This document shows positions 61,237 to 64,000 of a stretch of DNA of 64,000 nt, in pieces (position 1 is the first letter of the stretch; every line of letters begins with the position of its first letter). The stretch spans positions 2,784,001 through 2,848,000 of the forward strand of contig OY970296.1 of assembly GCA_963716175.1 (NCBI GenBank). Direction: 5' to 3'. The notes under the pieces were generated by a model. That model did no database searches. It saw only the letters and a program-made list of their open reading frames with translations, and had not been told where the DNA came from. This DNA is from an uncultured Armatimonadetes bacterium (lineage in GTDB: Bacteria > Armatimonadota > Hebobacteria > Hebobacterales > Hebobacteraceae). The translations under genes and the position numbers were made by a program.

Positions 61237-61884
61237 ATGTCCACAACACAGCAGCAACCACAGCCATGGGCGCAACTGCCGGGCGAGAGCGGACCCGCCT
61301 ATGAGGCCTTTCGCACCTTCCTGGAGCTGGGATCCAGGCGCAAGGTCGCGGAGGTGGTGCGCCGCTTGGGCAAGAAAGAGAGCCTGATCTGGCGCTGGGT
61401 CAGCCGTCACGACTGGCGGCACCGGGCATGGCTGTGGGAGGTGCGCCAAGCAGGGGAAGACGAGGCGGCCGTGCGCCAGCATCGCGAGGGGGTGCTACAA
61501 GAGCGGCTGGAGGATCTCGATCGCATGGGGCGGGCCTGCCTGGCCTTCTTTCGCACCATGGTGCGCCGGGACCCGGAGACCGGCGAGGTCAGCTTCGACG
61601 CCCGCTTCACTCCCCAGGTCGCGCTGCGGTTTCTCGAGCTCGCACTGAGAGCGCAGGGGGCCTTCGAGCGGCCGGCCGCTGAGGACAAGTCCGATGAGCG
61701 GCCGTCGGCCGACCTGTTTGGGCTGGCCGATGCAGAGCTGATGGAACTGATCGATCTCGCCCGAGAGCGGGCCGACCAACAAGACCAGAGAAAGGACGAG
61801 AGCAATGAGTCAGACCAGGGCAGCACGCAGCAGGAACAGCACGAGGAGGAAGACCGCGAGGAAGACCGGGCCGAGCGCGACTGA
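61237..61884 (+). CDS. Phage protein, probable terminase small subunit
   Basis: W..LPGES..AYEAF..F, HTH and W...HDW..RA..W pattern; lies upstream of the methylase and TerL. Confidence 0.65.
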   Translation: MSTTQQQPQPWAQLPGESGPAYEAFRTFLELGSRRKVAEVVRRLGKKESLIWRWVSRHDWRHRAWLWEVRQAGEDEAAVRQHREGVLQERLEDLDRMGRACLAFFRTMVRRDPETGEVSFDARFTPQVALRFLELALRAQGAFERPAAEDKSDERPSADLFGLADAELMELIDLARERADQQDQRKDESNESDQGSTQQEQHEEEDREEDRAERD

Positions 61885-63133
61885 TCGCCTCCAGCTCGAC
61901 ATCACCCAGGTGGCGATTGAGCGGCTCCGGCCCTGGCCGGGCAATCCACGGGCGATGCCGGCCTCCGAGATGGAGAGCTTGCGCCGGTCGGTGTCTCACT
62001 GGGGGATGGTGGAGCCGTTGGTGGTGCGTCGCTCCGATCAGCTGGTGATCGGCGGGAATCAACGATTGGAAACAGCGAAGGCGTTGGGAATGGCAGCGGT
62101 GCCAGTGGTGTATGTCGAGCTGTCAGATGCCGAGGCGAAGGCGCTCAATCTTGCCCTCAACCGGATCCGGGGAGAGTGGGATCTGCCGAAGCTGGGGGAG
62201 CTGCTGGAGGATCTCCAGCGCCTGCCCGAGATCGACGAGAGCCTCACCGGCTTCAGCGGCGATGAAATCGACGCGCTGTTGGCCGAACTCGAACGCGATC
62301 GGGCCCCCGATCCCCGGGAGGAGAGCTTCCCGGAGGCGGCGGAGGCGCTGCAAGCATGGCGGGAGCAAGCCCCGACGAGAGTCAGCAAGGGAGAGCTATG
62401 GCAGCTGGGGCGGCACCGGGTCTACTGCGGGGATAGCCTGGCACCGGGAGGGCTCGAGCGTCTCTGCAATCGCGAGAAGGTCGACCTGGTGCTGACCGAT
62501 CCGCCCTATGGGATTTCGTATCAGTCGACGCTGGCAAGACGAGGCCGGCGTAAGAAGGCGATCGCCAACGATGGTCAGGAGGAGTTCGAGGGGTTTCTGA
62601 ATCGCGCGCTTCCTGCCATCAGATCGGCGATGAAGCGAGGCGCGGCCCTCTACTGGTTTGCCGGGGGTGGTGGAGGAGAGCCGGTGCTGGCGAAGGCCCT
62701 GCTCGCGATCAGCCAGCACTTCACCCTCCTCAATACCATTGTGTGGGATAAGGTAGATCCCGGGTTGGGCTGGCGATGGCGCCGAAGCTGGGAGGCCGTC
62801 ATCGAGGCCTCCGTAGGCCGGCCCCGGATCTGGCATGGAGGCACTGCTAGGCGCAATGTGCTGCGGTTCCCCCGTGCCATTCCCCAGAGCGAGGATCATC
62901 CCACCCCGAAACCGATCCCGTTGCTCGCCGAGCTCATCCTGGCGGCCGCTCCCGCCCGGGGCACCGTCCTTGACCCATTCGCCGGCTCCGGCTCCACCTT
63001 GATCGCGGCGGAGCGCACTGGCCGCAGCTGTCTGGCGGCGGAGTTAGAGCCGCGCTATTGCGATATCGCGCTCGCCAGGTGGGAGGCAGTCAGCGGAGGC
63101 CGCGCCCAGCGGCTGGAAGGCGGTGCGCGATGA
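61805..63133 (+). CDS. ParB-N + N4/N6 DNA methyltransferase (phage type)
   Basis: NPR..IGGNQR, TDPPY, HPTPKP and LDPFAGSGST motifs. Confidence 0.92.
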   Translation: MSQTRAARSRNSTRRKTARKTGPSATDRLQLDITQVAIERLRPWPGNPRAMPASEMESLRRSVSHWGMVEPLVVRRSDQLVIGGNQRLETAKALGMAAVPVVYVELSDAEAKALNLALNRIRGEWDLPKLGELLEDLQRLPEIDESLTGFSGDEIDALLAELERDRAPDPREESFPEAAEALQAWREQAPTRVSKGELWQLGRHRVYCGDSLAPGGLERLCNREKVDLVLTDPPYGISYQSTLARRGRRKKAIANDGQEEFEGFLNRALPAIRSAMKRGAALYWFAGGGGGEPVLAKALLAISQHFTLLNTIVWDKVDPGLGWRWRRSWEAVIEASVGRPRIWHGGTARRNVLRFPRAIPQSEDHPTPKPIPLLAELILAAAPARGTVLDPFAGSGSTLIAAERTGRSCLAAELEPRYCDIALARWEAVSGGRAQRLEGGAR

Positions 63134-64000
63134 CCACCGCTAATGCCCTGCCCAATGATGGCGATGGCTACCTGCGGCTGCTGGATCGCGCGCAAGAGGT
63201 GCTGTCCCTGCGGTCCGATCCCCGGCGCTGGATCGAGGCGAACCTGTGGCTGCGCAGCAAGGACCAGCGGATGGTGCCCTTTCGTCTCTGGCCGGCGCAG
63301 GCCCACTGGTATGAGCGTCGCTCCCACTGGGACGTCATCTTGAAGGCCCGCCAACTGGGCTTCACCAGTATCATCGACGGCTGCTTCTTCGCCGACACGG
63401 TGCTGCGGCCTAACACCACCTCGGTCATCGTTGCCCATGACCTGGACTCCAGCGAGAAGATCTTCGCCACGGTCCGGGGATTCTGGGAGCGGCTGCCGGA
63501 AGACGAGCGGAAACGCATCGGTGAGCCTCGCTATCTGACCCGCAGGGAGCTCTACTGGCCCTCCCTCAACAGCCGCTTCTGGGTGGGGACGGCCGGATCG
63601 GTTGCTTCCGGCCGGGGCCACACCATCAACAACCTGCACTGCTCGGAGTTCGCTTACTGGCCCGACCCGGAGCGGGCGTTGGCGGGACTGACGGAAGCGG
63701 TGCCCTTGAGCGGCCGGATCGTGATCGAGTCCACCGGCAACGGAATGGGCAACCCATTCCACGATCTCTGGATACAGGCAAAGCAGGGAGAGAACCCCTA
63801 CCGGCCTCACTTCTACCCTTGGTGGTGGGATCAGGGCTATCGGATGGCGGGCCCACCGTTGGGGGAGCTGATTGAAGAGGAGCAGCACCTCAGAGATACC
63901 TGCAATCTGGATGACGACCAGCTGCGGTGGCGGCGGGAGAAGAGGAAACACCTGCGCGATCGATTCGCCCAGGAGTACCCCGAGAACGATGGTCACTGCT
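63130..64000 (+). CDS. Terminase large subunit (partial, runs off window)
   Basis: Translated by eye: VILKARQLGFT (Walker A), GRGHTINNLHCSEFAYW (Walker B), IESTGNG and FAQEYP. Confidence 0.9.
   Translation, partial: MTTANALPNDGDGYLRLLDRAQEVLSLRSDPRRWIEANLWLRSKDQRMVPFRLWPAQAHWYERRSHWDVILKARQLGFTSIIDGCFFADTVLRPNTTSVIVAHDLDSSEKIFATVRGFWERLPEDERKRIGEPRYLTRRELYWPSLNSRFWVGTAGSVASGRGHTINNLHCSEFAYWPDPERALAGLTEAVPLSGRIVIESTGNGMGNPFHDLWIQAKQGENPYRPHFYPWWWDQGYRMAGPPLGELIEEEQHLRDTCNLDDDQLRWRREKRKHLRDRFAQEYPENDGHC

Larger units (their letters stand above)
57561..64000. mobile_element. Prophage-like element, left part
   Basis: Integrase pair, ParB-methylase and terminase genes; att site not identified. 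Confidence 0.8.

Noticed and set aside
63055-63996. 313-aa minus-strand ORF
   Set aside because: It is antisense to the terminase large subunit, which the ORF track missed because it runs off the window.

Overview
GC-rich accessory region, probably from an Armatimonadota-like bacterium. That assignment is inferred from the combination of expanded prepilin/H-X9-DG genes, DUF6785/6784 membrane proteins, GH4 enzymes, an MttB-family protein and SLH proteins. The window holds carbohydrate and solute loci: four prepilin/H-X9-DG paralogs, two DUF6785-type membrane proteins, two GH4s, GH20, a GH5-like enzyme, ThuA and MttB. These sit among many mobile elements: IS3, IS110, IS256, IS21, two rve-type elements, a TnpB relic and MITE-like remnants. 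The window ends in a prophage-like segment with tandem tyrosine recombinases followed directly by packaging genes. Main points: (1) An IS110 inserted in a Shine-Dalgarno site, with a readable bridge-RNA-like leader and a perfect TTGACA-17-TATAAT promoter formed at the circle junction. (2) A recurring module of prepilin-like variable protein + DUF6785 membrane protein + catabolic enzymes; two pilins share a ~95% identical leader containing a terminator. (3) Three standalone 2TM-MshEN paralogs. (4) A five-copy dispersed small-ORF/hairpin repeat. No tRNA, rRNA or CRISPR array was recognised. All family assignments come from motif recognition by eye, not database searches.
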